A stretch of 64,000 nt of DNA from Candidatus Omnitrophota bacterium (GCA_023819375.1 JAMWDI010000006.1:35730-99729), one strand, 5' to 3'. Counted from the stretch's first letter, positions 47,234 to 57,923 are shown. Numbers and translations are program-made. The notes: a model not told the origin generated them from the sequence alone.

Positions 47234-48571
47234 ATTTTTAATTGTATTTAAAATTAAATCTTCGGAATCTTCGCTAACTTTACAAGCAAGAGGTAATGTT
47301 TCATAACTTGAATTTATTCCTATTGCTTCAGAAACGCGAACTTCATCAAAATTTGGTTTAATTTCAAGGTTTTTTTTGTGTTGTAAAAATGCTTCCTTAG
47401 TTGGAATATAACCAATATGAAAATTTGAATTTTGGGCAATAATTATATTTTCAAAGGGTAAACTTTCTCTTATTTTTTTACCAATTCCTGTGAAAATTTC
47501 TCCAGGTAATGTTAAAAGGCATAACTTTTTTTCTATTGAAAATCCATTTAAATATAAGTTCCACTTTTTTCCTTTAAGTTTTTTCATATTTATAATGGAA
47601 AGTGCTATAAGATATTTTAAAGTGTCCTTAGGAATTTTTGATTTTAAAATCTTTTTGGCTTTCTCAACGTCTTCTTTGCTATAATTATAATGATGAAGAA
47701 TAAATTTTTTAAAAAAGGGAGATATTTTTTCATATTTTTGAAAATCAATATTTTCGAGCACCTTTCTTAATCCTTGGAATAGTTTTTCTGCTATTATATT
47801 TTTGATTTCGCTTGTCCTGGTTTTTTCATCTTTTGGATTGATATGATTTATATCTCCACTTGGACCATTAAGAACTAAAACATTACATTTGAATTCACGT
47901 TCAATTTTTTCTCTTAAAGTACCAGGCCAATCAGCAGATATTAAATTTCCTCCTATTGTATCTGGATGAAGAGCAAAGTTTAAAATAAATCCTGTATATC
48001 TTTCTTTATCCCTGAAAGAAATAACATATAAAGTATCGTCAACATCACCTACACTTTTAATTATATTTTCTTTTTGAGTAAATGGATTTGTAATAACTCT
48101 TCCATCCTTCATTAAATATCTTCTATTGAAAGCAATTCCTTCTACTTTTGTTCTTCCTATACCCATTTCTACTTCTTTTCTGTTTTTATATGCTATTTTT
48201 ATACTTCCTGCTATATAAAAAGGTAAAATTTCTAAGTAAGAATTTTCTACATAGAAATTTTTTGTAAATATTGAGTTTTTGGATTTTGTTGGCAGGGGTC
48301 CTGTATGAGTATGAGTTGCATGTATTGAAATATTTTGTGGATTTATTTTTATCTCTTTTGTAATAATTTCTTTGACTTTTTTAACTATTTGTTGGTCAAT
48401 CCATATTAAATCACATGAAACAAGTGCAAATAAATTTTTTCCATCATCAATTACTAAAGAAGTGGCATAGAGTTCATCCAATATTCCCTCTGCTCTTCTA
48501 TCAATAAAATATCCAACAAGAGAAAAACCAACTGGGGGAGTTATACAAACTTTTCCAAAACCAACTTTCAT
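47225..48571 (-). CDS. neutral/alkaline ceramidase-like N-terminal-domain protein
   Basis: 448 aa. The N-terminus VGFGKVCITPPVGFSLVGY...LYATSLVIDDG, followed by HATHTHTGP, resembles the neutral ceramidase family signature (GTHTHSGP). Confidence 0.55.
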   Translation of the reverse strand: MKVGFGKVCITPPVGFSLVGYFIDRRAEGILDELYATSLVIDDGKNLFALVSCDLIWIDQQIVKKVKEIITKEIKINPQNISIHATHTHTGPLPTKSKNSIFTKNFYVENSYLEILPFYIAGSIKIAYKNRKEVEMGIGRTKVEGIAFNRRYLMKDGRVITNPFTQKENIIKSVGDVDDTLYVISFRDKERYTGFILNFALHPDTIGGNLISADWPGTLREKIEREFKCNVLVLNGPSGDINHINPKDEKTRTSEIKNIIAEKLFQGLRKVLENIDFQKYEKISPFFKKFILHHYNYSKEDVEKAKKILKSKIPKDTLKYLIALSIINMKKLKGKKWNLYLNGFSIEKKLCLLTLPGEIFTGIGKKIRESLPFENIIIAQNSNFHIGYIPTKEAFLQHKKNLEIKPNFDEVRVSEAIGINSSYETLPLACKVSEDSEDLILNTIKNLY

Positions 48572-48573
48572 TT

Positions 48574-49491
48574 TCAGTCTTCTTTTAATTCAGATAATTC
48601 AACTACTCTTTTTTCTTTTTCGCTTATTAATGCACATTCCATAAATTTCATTATTTCAAGTGTTTCCTTAGGATCAACAGGTGGAATTCCTGTTTTAAAA
48701 AATTCAATTATTTCTTTAAGGAGTTGAGAATAAATAGGAATTTCTGTTGAATAAGTGACTTGATATATTTTCTTTTCAGCAAATACAGTTGCACCATAAC
48801 TGTGGGGACCTTTTCTCGTACCTCTAACAGTTCCAATTTTATTTCCTTCCCAGACACCTACAACAAAATGGAAATCCTCTGTTTTTTCACAGTAAACTTT
48901 TGTACATCCCTTTCCCATAAAAGTATATAGGATTTCAACACCATGTATTCCATACCAGAATAAACCTGGATTGGTTGGGTCAAGTGAACACGGAGAAAAA
49001 GCATCACATCCAAGAACTTCTCCACGTTCTATATCCTCTTTAACTTTTTTGATGTTATAGTCAAATCTTAAAGATGAAGAAGAAAATACAGGACAATTAT
49101 ATTTTTCTGCCATTTTATAAATTTTTAGTGCATTAGAATAATTTTCAGCAAGAGGTTTATCTATAAATAGTGGTTTTCCAGCCTTTATAACTGGTTCTGC
49201 TTCTTTAAGATGTCTTCTCCCATCTACGCTTTCAAGTAAAACTGCATCAACTTTTTCAAGTAGTTCCTCAATAGAGTTTACAATTTCAATATTATATTTT
49301 TCAATAAGTTCTTTTTTATATCCCTCAACTCTTGAATAACTTGCATAAAGGTCTGGACTAAAAGAGGGATATCCAGCAACTATTTTTCCTCCTTTTATAT
49401 GAAATGGATCGTTTTCATCATTTAAAAGTTTTGTAAAAGCAACAACATGTGAAGTATCAAATCCAATAATTCCAATTTTGAACTCATTCAT
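48574..49491 (-). CDS. Gfo/Idh/MocA-family oxidoreductase
   Basis: 305 aa. KIGIIGFDTSH Rossmann start and the FIDKPLA (EKP-like) motif. Confidence 0.7.
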   Translation of the reverse strand: MNEFKIGIIGFDTSHVVAFTKLLNDENDPFHIKGGKIVAGYPSFSPDLYASYSRVEGYKKELIEKYNIEIVNSIEELLEKVDAVLLESVDGRRHLKEAEPVIKAGKPLFIDKPLAENYSNALKIYKMAEKYNCPVFSSSSLRFDYNIKKVKEDIERGEVLGCDAFSPCSLDPTNPGLFWYGIHGVEILYTFMGKGCTKVYCEKTEDFHFVVGVWEGNKIGTVRGTRKGPHSYGATVFAEKKIYQVTYSTEIPIYSQLLKEIIEFFKTGIPPVDPKETLEIMKFMECALISEKEKRVVELSELKED

Positions 49492-50416
49492 TTTTATCCT
49501 CCATTTTTAGTGCTTTAATTATATTTTCATTTTTTATATTTGTCAAAAAAGAAATGAAATGTTGAGGAAGTGGAGCAATGAATTCAAGTTTATTTTTTGT
49601 TTTTGGATGAATAATCGTTAACTTATAAGAATGTAAATATAATTTAGTTTTTTCTGCTTTTTCTCCATATTTTAAATCTCCTATAATAGGATACCCTAAA
49701 TAAGAGAGAGTTAAACGAATTTGATGGGTTCTTCCAGTAATTGGTTTTATTTTTAAAAGAGTATAATCATCTATATATTTTTCAACTTCAATTTCTGTCA
49801 ATGCATCTTTGCCTTTTAAATAATGTACTTTCATTTTTGTTGGATTTTCCTTATCTGGAGATATTTTGAACTCTACAGTTTTCTTTTTTTCAGGAAATTT
49901 CCCTCTTACAATTGCATAATATTCTTTTTTAATAATTCTATTTCTGAATTGTTCAATTAAAGACCAGTAACTAAAATCATTTTTAGCAAATATTATAACT
50001 CCACTTGTTTCCTTATCCAGACGATGAACAACACCAGGTCTATAGGGATAACCAATATTTGAAAGTTTTGTATGATAAAGAAGATGATTAATTAATGTCC
50101 CTGATTTTATTTTTGGAGTTGGATGTGTTAATATTCCAGAGGGTTTATTTACGACAATTATATCTTCATCTTCATAAAGTATGTCAATTTCTCCTTTTTC
50201 TGGTTTTATAGTTTCATTTTCTTTCAAATCTTCTTCAAAAATTTTTATTAGGTCATTTTTTTTAAGAAGATAAGAGGGTTCAACAGATTTTTCATTTACC
50301 AAGATTTTTCCTTCTTTTATAAGATTCTTTATTTTTTCTCTTGAAAATTTAATTTCCTTTTTTAAAAACTTGTCCAATCTAATTCTTACTTCATTTTCAT
50401 ATTTAATTTCTTTCAT
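49484..50416 (-). CDS. rluD: RluA-family 23S rRNA pseudouridine synthase (RluD-like)
   Basis: 310 aa. N-terminal S4 domain, the HRLDKETSGVIIFAK catalytic Asp motif, and TGRTHQIR. Confidence 0.85.
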   Translation of the reverse strand: MKEIKYENEVRIRLDKFLKKEIKFSREKIKNLIKEGKILVNEKSVEPSYLLKKNDLIKIFEEDLKENETIKPEKGEIDILYEDEDIIVVNKPSGILTHPTPKIKSGTLINHLLYHTKLSNIGYPYRPGVVHRLDKETSGVIIFAKNDFSYWSLIEQFRNRIIKKEYYAIVRGKFPEKKKTVEFKISPDKENPTKMKVHYLKGKDALTEIEVEKYIDDYTLLKIKPITGRTHQIRLTLSYLGYPIIGDLKYGEKAEKTKLYLHSYKLTIIHPKTKNKLEFIAPLPQHFISFLTNIKNENIIKALKMEDKNE

Positions 50417-50435
50417 TATTTTTGGAAGTGAAAAA

Positions 50436-51596
50436 TTAGGGTTGCCTTTTTGTTAGTTCTTTTATAAGTTCAAGAGCAATAATATTCCTTTGAATTTGAT
50501 TTGTTCCTTCATAGATTTGTGTAATTTTGGCATCCCTAAACATTTTTTCTACTGGATATTCTTTCATATATCCATATCCGCCAAATATTTGAATTGCATC
50601 AGTTGTTACTTTCATCGCTACATCAGAAGCAAAAAGTTTACACATTGCTGATTCTTTTGAGAATTCTTTAACCCCACTGTCAATCATTTTTGCTGTTTGA
50701 TATATTAAACATCTTGCTGCTTCAATATAAGTTGCCATGTCTGCCAGCATATGACTTACTGCCTGAAAAGAAATAATTGTTTGCCCAAATTGTTTTCTTG
50801 TGTGAGCATATTTTAGAGCCTCTTCAAAGGCTCCTTGAGCAATTCCAAGTGCCTGTGCCGCTACCCCTGGCCTTGAGGTATCAAAATTTTTTAAAGTTAT
50901 CAAAAATCCCATTCCTTCTTTACCTAAAACATTTTCCTTTGGAACTTTACAGTTTTCAAATATTAATTCTCTTGTTGCAGATGCTCTTATCCCAAGTTTT
51001 TTTTCCTTTTTTCCAAAGGCAAATCCTTCCATTCCTTTTTCAAGGATAAAAGCAGTTGCTCCACGAGGCCCTTTTGTTTTGTCTGTTGAAGCAATAACTA
51101 CATAAATTTCCGCTTCTCCACCATTTGTTATCCACTGTTTAGTTCCATTTAAAATATAATAGTCACCATTTTTTCTAGCAGTTGTATTTAAATTTGTTAT
51201 ATCGCTTCCTGCTTCTGGTTCTGTAACAGCAAATGCAGCAAGTTTTTCCCCTTTTGCAATGGGTGGCAAATATTTTCTTTTTTGTTCTTCATTGCCAAAA
51301 AGTATGATTGGAAAAGCACCAAGGGCAGTTCCAGCATAAGCAAGAGCAATACCTGCACAAACTCTGCTGAGTTCCTCTATTACAAGACATAATTCAAAAA
51401 CCCCACATCCAAGTCCACCATATTCTGAAGGTATAAAAACGCCAAATAGGTCGGCTTTTGCAAGTTCTTCTACTATATCCCAAGGGAAAATTTCTTTTTC
51501 GTCATATTCTGCTCTTTTAGGTTTTATTTTCTCTTCTGCAATTTTTCTTGCCAATTCTTTAATCATTTTTTGTTCTTCTGTCAAGAAATATTCCAT
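50436..51596 (-). CDS. acyl-CoA dehydrogenase (short/butyryl-CoA dehydrogenase-like)
   Basis: AFAVTEPEAGSD, QWITNGG, and the IYEGTNQIQR catalytic Glu context. I prefer the ATG at 51596 (MEYFLTEEQ), which has a GGTAGGTGG SD. It lies 7 nt after the fabF stop. Confidence 0.9.
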   Translation of the reverse strand: MEYFLTEEQKMIKELARKIAEEKIKPKRAEYDEKEIFPWDIVEELAKADLFGVFIPSEYGGLGCGVFELCLVIEELSRVCAGIALAYAGTALGAFPIILFGNEEQKRKYLPPIAKGEKLAAFAVTEPEAGSDITNLNTTARKNGDYYILNGTKQWITNGGEAEIYVVIASTDKTKGPRGATAFILEKGMEGFAFGKKEKKLGIRASATRELIFENCKVPKENVLGKEGMGFLITLKNFDTSRPGVAAQALGIAQGAFEEALKYAHTRKQFGQTIISFQAVSHMLADMATYIEAARCLIYQTAKMIDSGVKEFSKESAMCKLFASDVAMKVTTDAIQIFGGYGYMKEYPVEKMFRDAKITQIYEGTNQIQRNIIALELIKELTKRQP

Positions 51597-51603
51597 TTGC
51601 CAC

Positions 51604-52839
51604 CTACCCTTCAAATTTTTTTAAAACAACAGTTACATTATGACCACCAAATCCAAAAGAATTGGAAATGGCAATCTTTACTTCTTTTTCTCTTGCTACA
51701 TTTGGAACATAATCAAGATCACATTCAGGATCTGGATATTCATAATTGATTGTAGGAGGTATAATTCCAGTTTTTAATGTAAGAACAGTAGAAACAAATT
51801 CAACTGCTCCTGCTGCTCCCAATAAATGACCTATCATTGATTTTATTGAACTTATAGGTATTTTATAAGCCCTTTCTCCAAAAAGTCTTTTTATTGCAAG
51901 GGTTTCGCTTTTATCATTTAATGGTGTACTTGTTCCATGTGCATTTATATAATCAACATCTTCTGGATTTACTTTGGCATCTAAAAGAGCATATTTCATA
52001 GATAAATATGCGCCGAAGCCATCTGGATCAGGTGCGGTTATATGATAGGCATCACAACTCATTCCAGCACCAAGAAATTCACAATATATTTTTGCATCTC
52101 TCTTTTTTGCATGGTCTAAAGATTCAAGAACTACAACTCCTGCTCCTTCTCCCATAACGAAACCATCTCTTTCTCTATCAAATGGTCTTGATGCTTTTTG
52201 AGGTTCATTGTTTCTTCTTGAAAGTGCTTTCATTGAACAGAAACCTGCAAGACCGAGAGGTGTTATACACGATTCAGTTCCACCAGCAATTATTACATCA
52301 GCGACACCACTTCTTATTAAATTAAGTGATATGGCTAATGCATGGGCTCCTGATGCACAAGCACTGACGGTACAGAAATTTACACCTTTAAACCCGTATA
52401 AAATGCTGATTTGTCCTGAAGCTATATCAGGAATTAACATGGGAATTAAAAAAGGAGAAACTCTATCAGGACCATTTTCAAGTAAGATTTTATGTTGTTG
52501 TTCAATTACTCTTAAACCACCAATTCCTGCACCTATGATTACACCCACTTTTTCTTTTTCTTCTTCTGTAAATTCAATTCCACTATCTTTTATTGCTTCT
52601 TCTGTGGCCTTTAAAGCAAATTGAACAAATAAATCCATCTTTCTTTTTTCTTTAGGATGAACATTTTCAAGTTGGAAATTTTTGACTTCTGCTCCTATTT
52701 GAGTGTCATAAGAGGATGCATCAAAAGATTTAATTTTATCAACGCCACTTACACCATTAATTAAATTTTCCCAACTTGTTTTAACATCATTCCCAATAGG
52801 TGTTACAAGCCCAATTCCAGTAACAACAACTTTTTTCAT
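51604..52839 (-). CDS. fabF: beta-ketoacyl-ACP synthase II
   Basis: 411 aa. [13 protein letters not shown], the [11 protein letters not shown] active Cys, HGTSTP and GHLLGAAG. Confidence 0.95.
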   Translation of the reverse strand: MKKVVVTGIGLVTPIGNDVKTSWENLINGVSGVDKIKSFDASSYDTQIGAEVKNFQLENVHPKEKRKMDLFVQFALKATEEAIKDSGIEFTEEEKEKVGVIIGAGIGGLRVIEQQHKILLENGPDRVSPFLIPMLIPDIASGQISILYGFKGVNFCTVSACASGAHALAISLNLIRSGVADVIIAGGTESCITPLGLAGFCSMKALSRRNNEPQKASRPFDRERDGFVMGEGAGVVVLESLDHAKKRDAKIYCEFLGAGMSCDAYHITAPDPDGFGAYLSMKYALLDAKVNPEDVDYINAHGTSTPLNDKSETLAIKRLFGERAYKIPISSIKSMIGHLLGAAGAVEFVSTVLTLKTGIIPPTINYEYPDPECDLDYVPNVAREKEVKIAISNSFGFGGHNVTVVLKKFEG

Positions 52840-53081
52840 TGCAATTTTTTCTTTTCAATATAGTCAATTGCATCTTTAACAGTTTTTATTTTTTCTGCAT
52901 CTTCATCTGGAATTTCAAGACCAAATTTTTCTTCAAAATCCATTACAAGTTCAACTGTATCAAGCGAATCTGCACCAAGGTCTTCAACAAAAGATGACTC
53001 TTCTTTAATTTGAGAGGGATTTACTCCCAACTTTTCAACTATAATATCTTTTACTATTTTTGCTATTTCTTCTCTTGTCAT
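52836..53081 (-). CDS. acpP: acyl carrier protein
   Basis: [14 protein letters not shown] is the phosphopantetheine-Ser motif. I prefer the ATG at 53081 (MTREEI), which has a GGAGG SD. Confidence 0.95.
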   Translation of the reverse strand: MTREEIAKIVKDIIVEKLGVNPSQIKEESSFVEDLGADSLDTVELVMDFEEKFGLEIPDEDAEKIKTVKDAIDYIEKKKLQ

Positions 53082-53094
53082 ATCCCCTCCTTTT

Positions 53095-53826
53095 TTACAT
53101 AACAAGTCCTCCATCTATTCTAATAACCTGTCCTGTAATATAATTTGCGTTTTCTGAAGCCAAAAAATAAACAAGTTCTGCTACTTCTTCTGGTTTTCCA
53201 AATCTTCCAAGTGGAATTGATTTTAACATTTCTTCTTTAATTTTTTCTGGTAAATTTTCTGTCATTTTTGTGACTATATATCCTGGTGCTACTGCATTTA
53301 CATTTATTCCTCCTCTTGCAAATTCTTTGGCACAAGTTTTTGTCAAAGCAATAAGTCCTGCTTTTGAAGCAGAATAATTTGCCTGCCCTATGTTTCCAAT
53401 TTCACCTATTATTGAAGCAATGTTTATTATTTTTCCACTTTTTTGTTTATACATAATTTGACCTATTATTTTACTACATAAAAAGGCACCTTTCAAGTTC
53501 ACATTGAGAACATCATCCCAGTCCTTCTCAGTCATTCTAAAAATAAGTTTATCTCTTGTAATTCCTGCATTATTTATAAGAACGTCTATTTTTCCCCATT
53601 TATTAATGATCTCTTTACTTCCTTTTTCTATTTCTTCCTCTTTTGTTATGTCTATTTTTCTTGAGATTAACTCTATTCCCTTATTTTTTAAAAAACTTTC
53701 AAATTCTTCGTCAATAATAATATCCCATAAAACAAGTTTTGCTTTATCATTTCCAAATTTAAGTGAAAGTGATTTTCCGATACCACCAAAAGCACCTGTA
53801 ATAAGAACAACTTTATTTTCAAACAT
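53095..53826 (-). CDS. fabG: 3-oxoacyl-ACP reductase
   Basis: 243 aa. [17 protein letters not shown], and YSASKAG (the YxxxK motif). Confidence 0.9.
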   Translation of the reverse strand: MFENKVVLITGAFGGIGKSLSLKFGNDKAKLVLWDIIIDEEFESFLKNKGIELISRKIDITKEEEIEKGSKEIINKWGKIDVLINNAGITRDKLIFRMTEKDWDDVLNVNLKGAFLCSKIIGQIMYKQKSGKIINIASIIGEIGNIGQANYSASKAGLIALTKTCAKEFARGGINVNAVAPGYIVTKMTENLPEKIKEEMLKSIPLGRFGKPEEVAELVYFLASENANYITGQVIRIDGGLVM

Positions 53827-54755
53827 TATTTTTCCTCCTTTTTTAAAAATGAAATAAAAGTTTCAAGTGTTATGGGATTTTCTATGTTAAATGAAGGTAT
53901 ATTTGGAACAATCGTTTCAACAATTTTTTTAAGAACATTTTTAGGCCCAATTTCTACAAAACAATCTATTCCATCATTTTTCATATTTTCAATCGTTTCA
54001 ACCCATCTTACAGATGAATACAATTGCCTTAATAAATTTTCTTTTATTTCTTCTTTATCAACAGTTTTTTTCCCAGAAAAATTCATATAAACTGGAAATT
54101 TAGGATTTTTAAAATTTATTTTTTTAATTTCTTCCTCCAAAAGTTCAGAACCTTCTTTCATAAATTTTGTATGAAATGGTCCACTAACTTTTAAAAAAAT
54201 TGATTTTATTTGTTTTTCTCTTAGAAAATTATAAAGTTTTTCAAGTTCCTCTTTTTTTCCTCCAACAACTATTTGAGTGTAGGAATTTATATTTGAGATT
54301 TCAACATCATAATTTTTTATTATTTCTTCAACATTTTTTAGTGATATCCCAACAATTGCTAATAAGGAACCATTTATTTTTTCCGAAATAGAATTCATAA
54401 TTTCTGCTCTTCTTTTTACAAGATAGAAACCCTCTTCAATTGTAAAAACATTACTTACACATAAAGCAGTATATTCTCCTAAACTATGTCCTGCAACACT
54501 TTCTGGTATTATTTCCGTTTTCGTAAAAAAATATTTCCATAATATTAAACTTATACCAAAAATTGCTGGCTGACAGTAAATTGTTCTTGTTAATTCTTCA
54601 AGAGGGCCATTAAATATTTTTTCAATTAAAGGTAAATCTGTTATTTTTTCCCCAATTTTAAGGATTTCAAAATATTCACTATTTTCTTCTATTATTTCCT
54701 TGCCCATACCAACATATTGAGAACCTTGACCAGGGAAAAGAAGTCCTATTTTCAC
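53826..54755 (-). CDS. fabD: malonyl-CoA:ACP transacylase
   Basis: LLFPGQGSQYVGMG and the GHSLGEY active Ser. The likely start is the GTG at 54755 (read as MKIGLLFPGQG), which overlaps the fabH TGA as GTGA. An upstream ATG at 54785 is also open. Confidence 0.9.
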   Translation of the reverse strand: MKIGLLFPGQGSQYVGMGKEIIEENSEYFEILKIGEKITDLPLIEKIFNGPLEELTRTIYCQPAIFGISLILWKYFFTKTEIIPESVAGHSLGEYTALCVSNVFTIEEGFYLVKRRAEIMNSISEKINGSLLAIVGISLKNVEEIIKNYDVEISNINSYTQIVVGGKKEELEKLYNFLREKQIKSIFLKVSGPFHTKFMKEGSELLEEEIKKINFKNPKFPVYMNFSGKKTVDKEEIKENLLRQLYSSVRWVETIENMKNDGIDCFVEIGPKNVLKKIVETIVPNIPSFNIENPITLETFISFLKKEEK

Positions 54756-55732
54756 TTTACCCACCTTATTAAATTTGAAGCCCATGTAAGGCCTGCGCCA
54801 AAAGCAACAAGAATTATTAAATCTCCTTTTTTAATTTTTCCAGATTTTACTGCCTCATCAAGTGCAACAGGGACACATGCTGCTGACATATTTCCATATT
54901 TTTCAATATTTATAAAAAATTTTTCTAAAGGAATATCCAAATTTTTTGCAACACCGGCTATTATTCTTAAATTTGCCTGATGAGGAATAATAAGAGAAAT
55001 ATCTTCCTTTTTTAAATTGTTTTTTTCAAGAATTTTTAAGACTGCTTCACTCATAGAATGAATTGCTATTTTGAAAAGTGTTGATCCTTCCATTTTCATA
55101 AAATTCATTCTTTTTTCTATCACTTCAAAAGAAGACGATTTTAAAGAACCTCCCCCAGGGGTATATAATAAATTACCATAACTTCCATTAGATGCAAGAT
55201 AAGAATCAAGAATTCCTTCTTCTTTTGAATAACTAATAATTGCTGCTCCTGCTCCATCACCTAATAAAACACAAGTGCTTCTATCCGTATAATCAGTTAA
55301 TCTACTCATACATTCAGAAGCGATAACAAGACCATTTTTATATCCACAGCCTAAAATTAAACCTTTTGCAATTTCAAGACCATAAATAAATCCAGAGCAC
55401 GCTGCTTGAAAATCAAAAGCAGGTATATTTTCAAGTCCCAATTTTTTTTGAATTATACAAGCAGTTGAAGGAAAATACATGTCAGCAGTTATTGTGGCAC
55501 AAATTATAAAATCAATATCTTCCTTTTTAATTCCTGAGTCAGCAATTGCTCTTAAAGATGCTTCAACACCCAAATCAGAAGATGCTTTACCTTTTGGACA
55601 TATTCTTCTTTCTTTAATACCAGTTCTTGTAATTATCCATTCATCACTTGTATCTACCATCATTTCCATGTCTCTATTTGTTAATTTTATTTCTGGTAAA
55701 TATGAACCTGTACCAGTTATTGCAACACCCAT
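54752..55732 (-). CDS. fabH: beta-ketoacyl-ACP synthase III
   Basis: 326 aa. AACSGFIYGL active Cys, HQAN and GAGLTW. Confidence 0.95.
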   Translation of the reverse strand: MGVAITGTGSYLPEIKLTNRDMEMMVDTSDEWIITRTGIKERRICPKGKASSDLGVEASLRAIADSGIKKEDIDFIICATITADMYFPSTACIIQKKLGLENIPAFDFQAACSGFIYGLEIAKGLILGCGYKNGLVIASECMSRLTDYTDRSTCVLLGDGAGAAIISYSKEEGILDSYLASNGSYGNLLYTPGGGSLKSSSFEVIEKRMNFMKMEGSTLFKIAIHSMSEAVLKILEKNNLKKEDISLIIPHQANLRIIAGVAKNLDIPLEKFFINIEKYGNMSAACVPVALDEAVKSGKIKKGDLIILVAFGAGLTWASNLIRWVK

Positions 55733-56706
55733 TTTTTTTCTTTTATTTTTTCAATTAAATTAGAGATGACAATTTTTTCTCCAAGTTTTATTGCATTGTA
55801 AATTGCCCTTGGAGAACTTCTCCCATGACTTATAATAACATTCCCATTAACGCCGAGAAGAATACCACCACCATATTCAGCATAATCTGCTTTTCTGACA
55901 AAATTTTTAAGATTTTTATTTATAAGAAAGAATCCTAATTTACCAATAAAATTTTTTCTAAGTTCTTTCATTAGTATAGTTCTAAATGATCTTGTTATTC
56001 CTTCAGAAGTTTTTAAAACAACATTTCCAGTAAAACCATCAGTTATAATTACATCTGCTTTCCCTGAAAACAACTCATGCCCTTCTATATTCCCTATGAA
56101 ATTTAGTTTACTTTCCTTTAATAATTTATAAGTTTGTTTTCTCAGTTCATCTCCTTTGCTTTCCTCTTCTCCTACATTTAAAAGTGCCACCTTTGGATTT
56201 TTAATATTGAAAACTGACTCTGCATATATAGATCCCAATATACTTGATTGAAAAAGATGGGTCGGTTTTGGATTAACATTTGCACCTGCATCTATAAATA
56301 CAGTAAATCCACCAAGAATATTTGGAAATAAAACTCCTATGGATGGTCTCTCAATTCCTTCTATCATTCCAAGTTCTGCAATTGCTATTGAAACAAAAGC
56401 AGCAGTATTACCTGCACTTAAAGAAAAGTCAACTTTTTCTTCTTTTAAAAATTTAATTGCAATTTTCATTGTTGTGTTTCTTTTTAATAGATTTGAAGAG
56501 ACTTTTTCATCCATAGCAACAAAATCGTCGCAATCAACAATTTCAATAAAAGTAAAATTTTTTTTTAATAATTTTTCTATTTTACTTTTTTGCCCTATAA
56601 GAAATATCTTAAAATTCTTGTCCTTAATTAGTTCTAAACTTTTGACTGGTGAAAAAGGAGCATTATCACCACCCATGGCATCTATAGCAAGTTTAATTAC
56701 TCTCAT
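55717..56706 (-). CDS. plsX: phosphate acyltransferase PlsX
   Basis: 329 aa. IAIDAMGGDNAP, DGFTGNVVLK and GGGILLGVNG. Confidence 0.9.
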   Translation of the reverse strand: MRVIKLAIDAMGGDNAPFSPVKSLELIKDKNFKIFLIGQKSKIEKLLKKNFTFIEIVDCDDFVAMDEKVSSNLLKRNTTMKIAIKFLKEEKVDFSLSAGNTAAFVSIAIAELGMIEGIERPSIGVLFPNILGGFTVFIDAGANVNPKPTHLFQSSILGSIYAESVFNIKNPKVALLNVGEEESKGDELRKQTYKLLKESKLNFIGNIEGHELFSGKADVIITDGFTGNVVLKTSEGITRSFRTILMKELRKNFIGKLGFFLINKNLKNFVRKADYAEYGGGILLGVNGNVIISHGRSSPRAIYNAIKLGEKIVISNLIEKIKEKKWVLQ

Positions 56707-56888
56707 TTTTTGCTTTCAATTTTTAAAACTTCTATTCCTTTATAATAACCACATACACTGCAAACAAAATGAGGTAATTTCAGAGAACCACAATTAGAGC
56801 ATTTGCTTAAAGGAACATTTTTTATTTTTTTGCTACTTCTTCTCTTAGCAGTTCTACTTTTTGAATGTTTTCTTTTAGGGTTTGGCAT
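56703..56888 (-). CDS. rpmF: 50S ribosomal protein L32
   Basis: 61 aa. MPNPKRKHSKSRTAKRR, followed by a CxxC...CxxC zinc ribbon. Confidence 0.9.
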   Translation of the reverse strand: MPNPKRKHSKSRTAKRRSSKKIKNVPLSKCSNCGSLKLPHFVCSVCGYYKGIEVLKIESKK

Positions 56889-57375
56889 TTTTTCCTCCTT
56901 GAAATTTTTTTCTTAAAGCCTCCTCAACATTTTTAGGAACAAAACAAGAAAGAGGACCATTTAGTTTTGCTATTTCTTTCACCATTGAGGAACTTATATA
57001 GAAAAATTCTTCTCTTGGCATCAAAAAAATCGTCTCTATATCTTTATCAAGTTTTCTATTTGTCAAAACCATTTGAAACTCATAATCAAAGTCACTTATG
57101 GCCCTTAATCCTCTTATAACAATTTTAATATTTTTTTTCTTTAAGTATTCAACAAGAAGCCCATCAAAACTTTCAACTTTTATTCTTTTATTATTTTTAA
57201 AAACTTCTTTAATAAGTTCTACTCTTTCTTCAACACTAAATAAAAAATCTTTTCTTGGAAAGCCACTTACCGCTATAATAGTTTCATCTAAAATTTTTAA
57301 ACTTCTTTCAACTACATCAATATGTCCATATGTTATCGGATCAAAAGTTCCAGGATATACACCAATTTTTTTCAT
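56875..57375 (-). CDS. coaD: phosphopantetheine adenylyltransferase
   Basis: 166 aa. GVYPGTFDPITYGHIDV (the T/HxGH motif) and ISSSMVKEI. Confidence 0.9.
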   Translation of the reverse strand: MKKIGVYPGTFDPITYGHIDVVERSLKILDETIIAVSGFPRKDFLFSVEERVELIKEVFKNNKRIKVESFDGLLVEYLKKKNIKIVIRGLRAISDFDYEFQMVLTNRKLDKDIETIFLMPREEFFYISSSMVKEIAKLNGPLSCFVPKNVEEALRKKFQGGKNAKP

Positions 57376-57923
57376 TTTATTCTCCTCATATAGGTTAAAG
57401 AAGTTTTTCCATATTTTCTTTCTTTTATTTTTTCTAAACCCTCAACTACAGGAATTTCTTTTTTATAACTATGTTCAATAACTATAATTCCTCTTTTTTT
57501 TAAAACATTTAATTTTACTATTTTTTTCATTATTCTTTCAAGTTTTGAAATCGGAAATTCATATGGTGGATCTCCTATTATTAAATCGTATTTGAAATTT
57601 TCTAATTTTTCAATTTCATACTCACAATCACCTTTGATAATTTCACATTTTTTTTCCAAACCAAGATTAGAAATATTTTTTTTAATAACCTCTATCGCTT
57701 TTTTTTCTTTTTCAATAAAAATTACTTTTTTTGCTCCATGACTAAGTGCTTCTATCCCTAAAATTCCACATCCTGCAAATAATTCTATAACTTTTTTATT
57801 TACTATCCAACTTCTTAAAGTATCAAAAATTGCTTTTCTTACAATATCTTTTGTTGGTCTTACATCTTTATTTTTTATAAATTCAACTTTTCTTCCCTTA
57901 TAGATGCCACTGATAATTTTCAT
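57372..57923 (-). CDS. rsmD: 16S rRNA (guanine966-N2)-methyltransferase RsmD
   Basis: 183 aa. IISGIYKGRK, RPTKDIVRKAIFD, LFAGCGILGIEALS and the DPPY motif. Confidence 0.85.
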   Translation of the reverse strand: MKIISGIYKGRKVEFIKNKDVRPTKDIVRKAIFDTLRSWIVNKKVIELFAGCGILGIEALSHGAKKVIFIEKEKKAIEVIKKNISNLGLEKKCEIIKGDCEYEIEKLENFKYDLIIGDPPYEFPISKLERIMKKIVKLNVLKKRGIIVIEHSYKKEIPVVEGLEKIKERKYGKTSLTYMRRIK

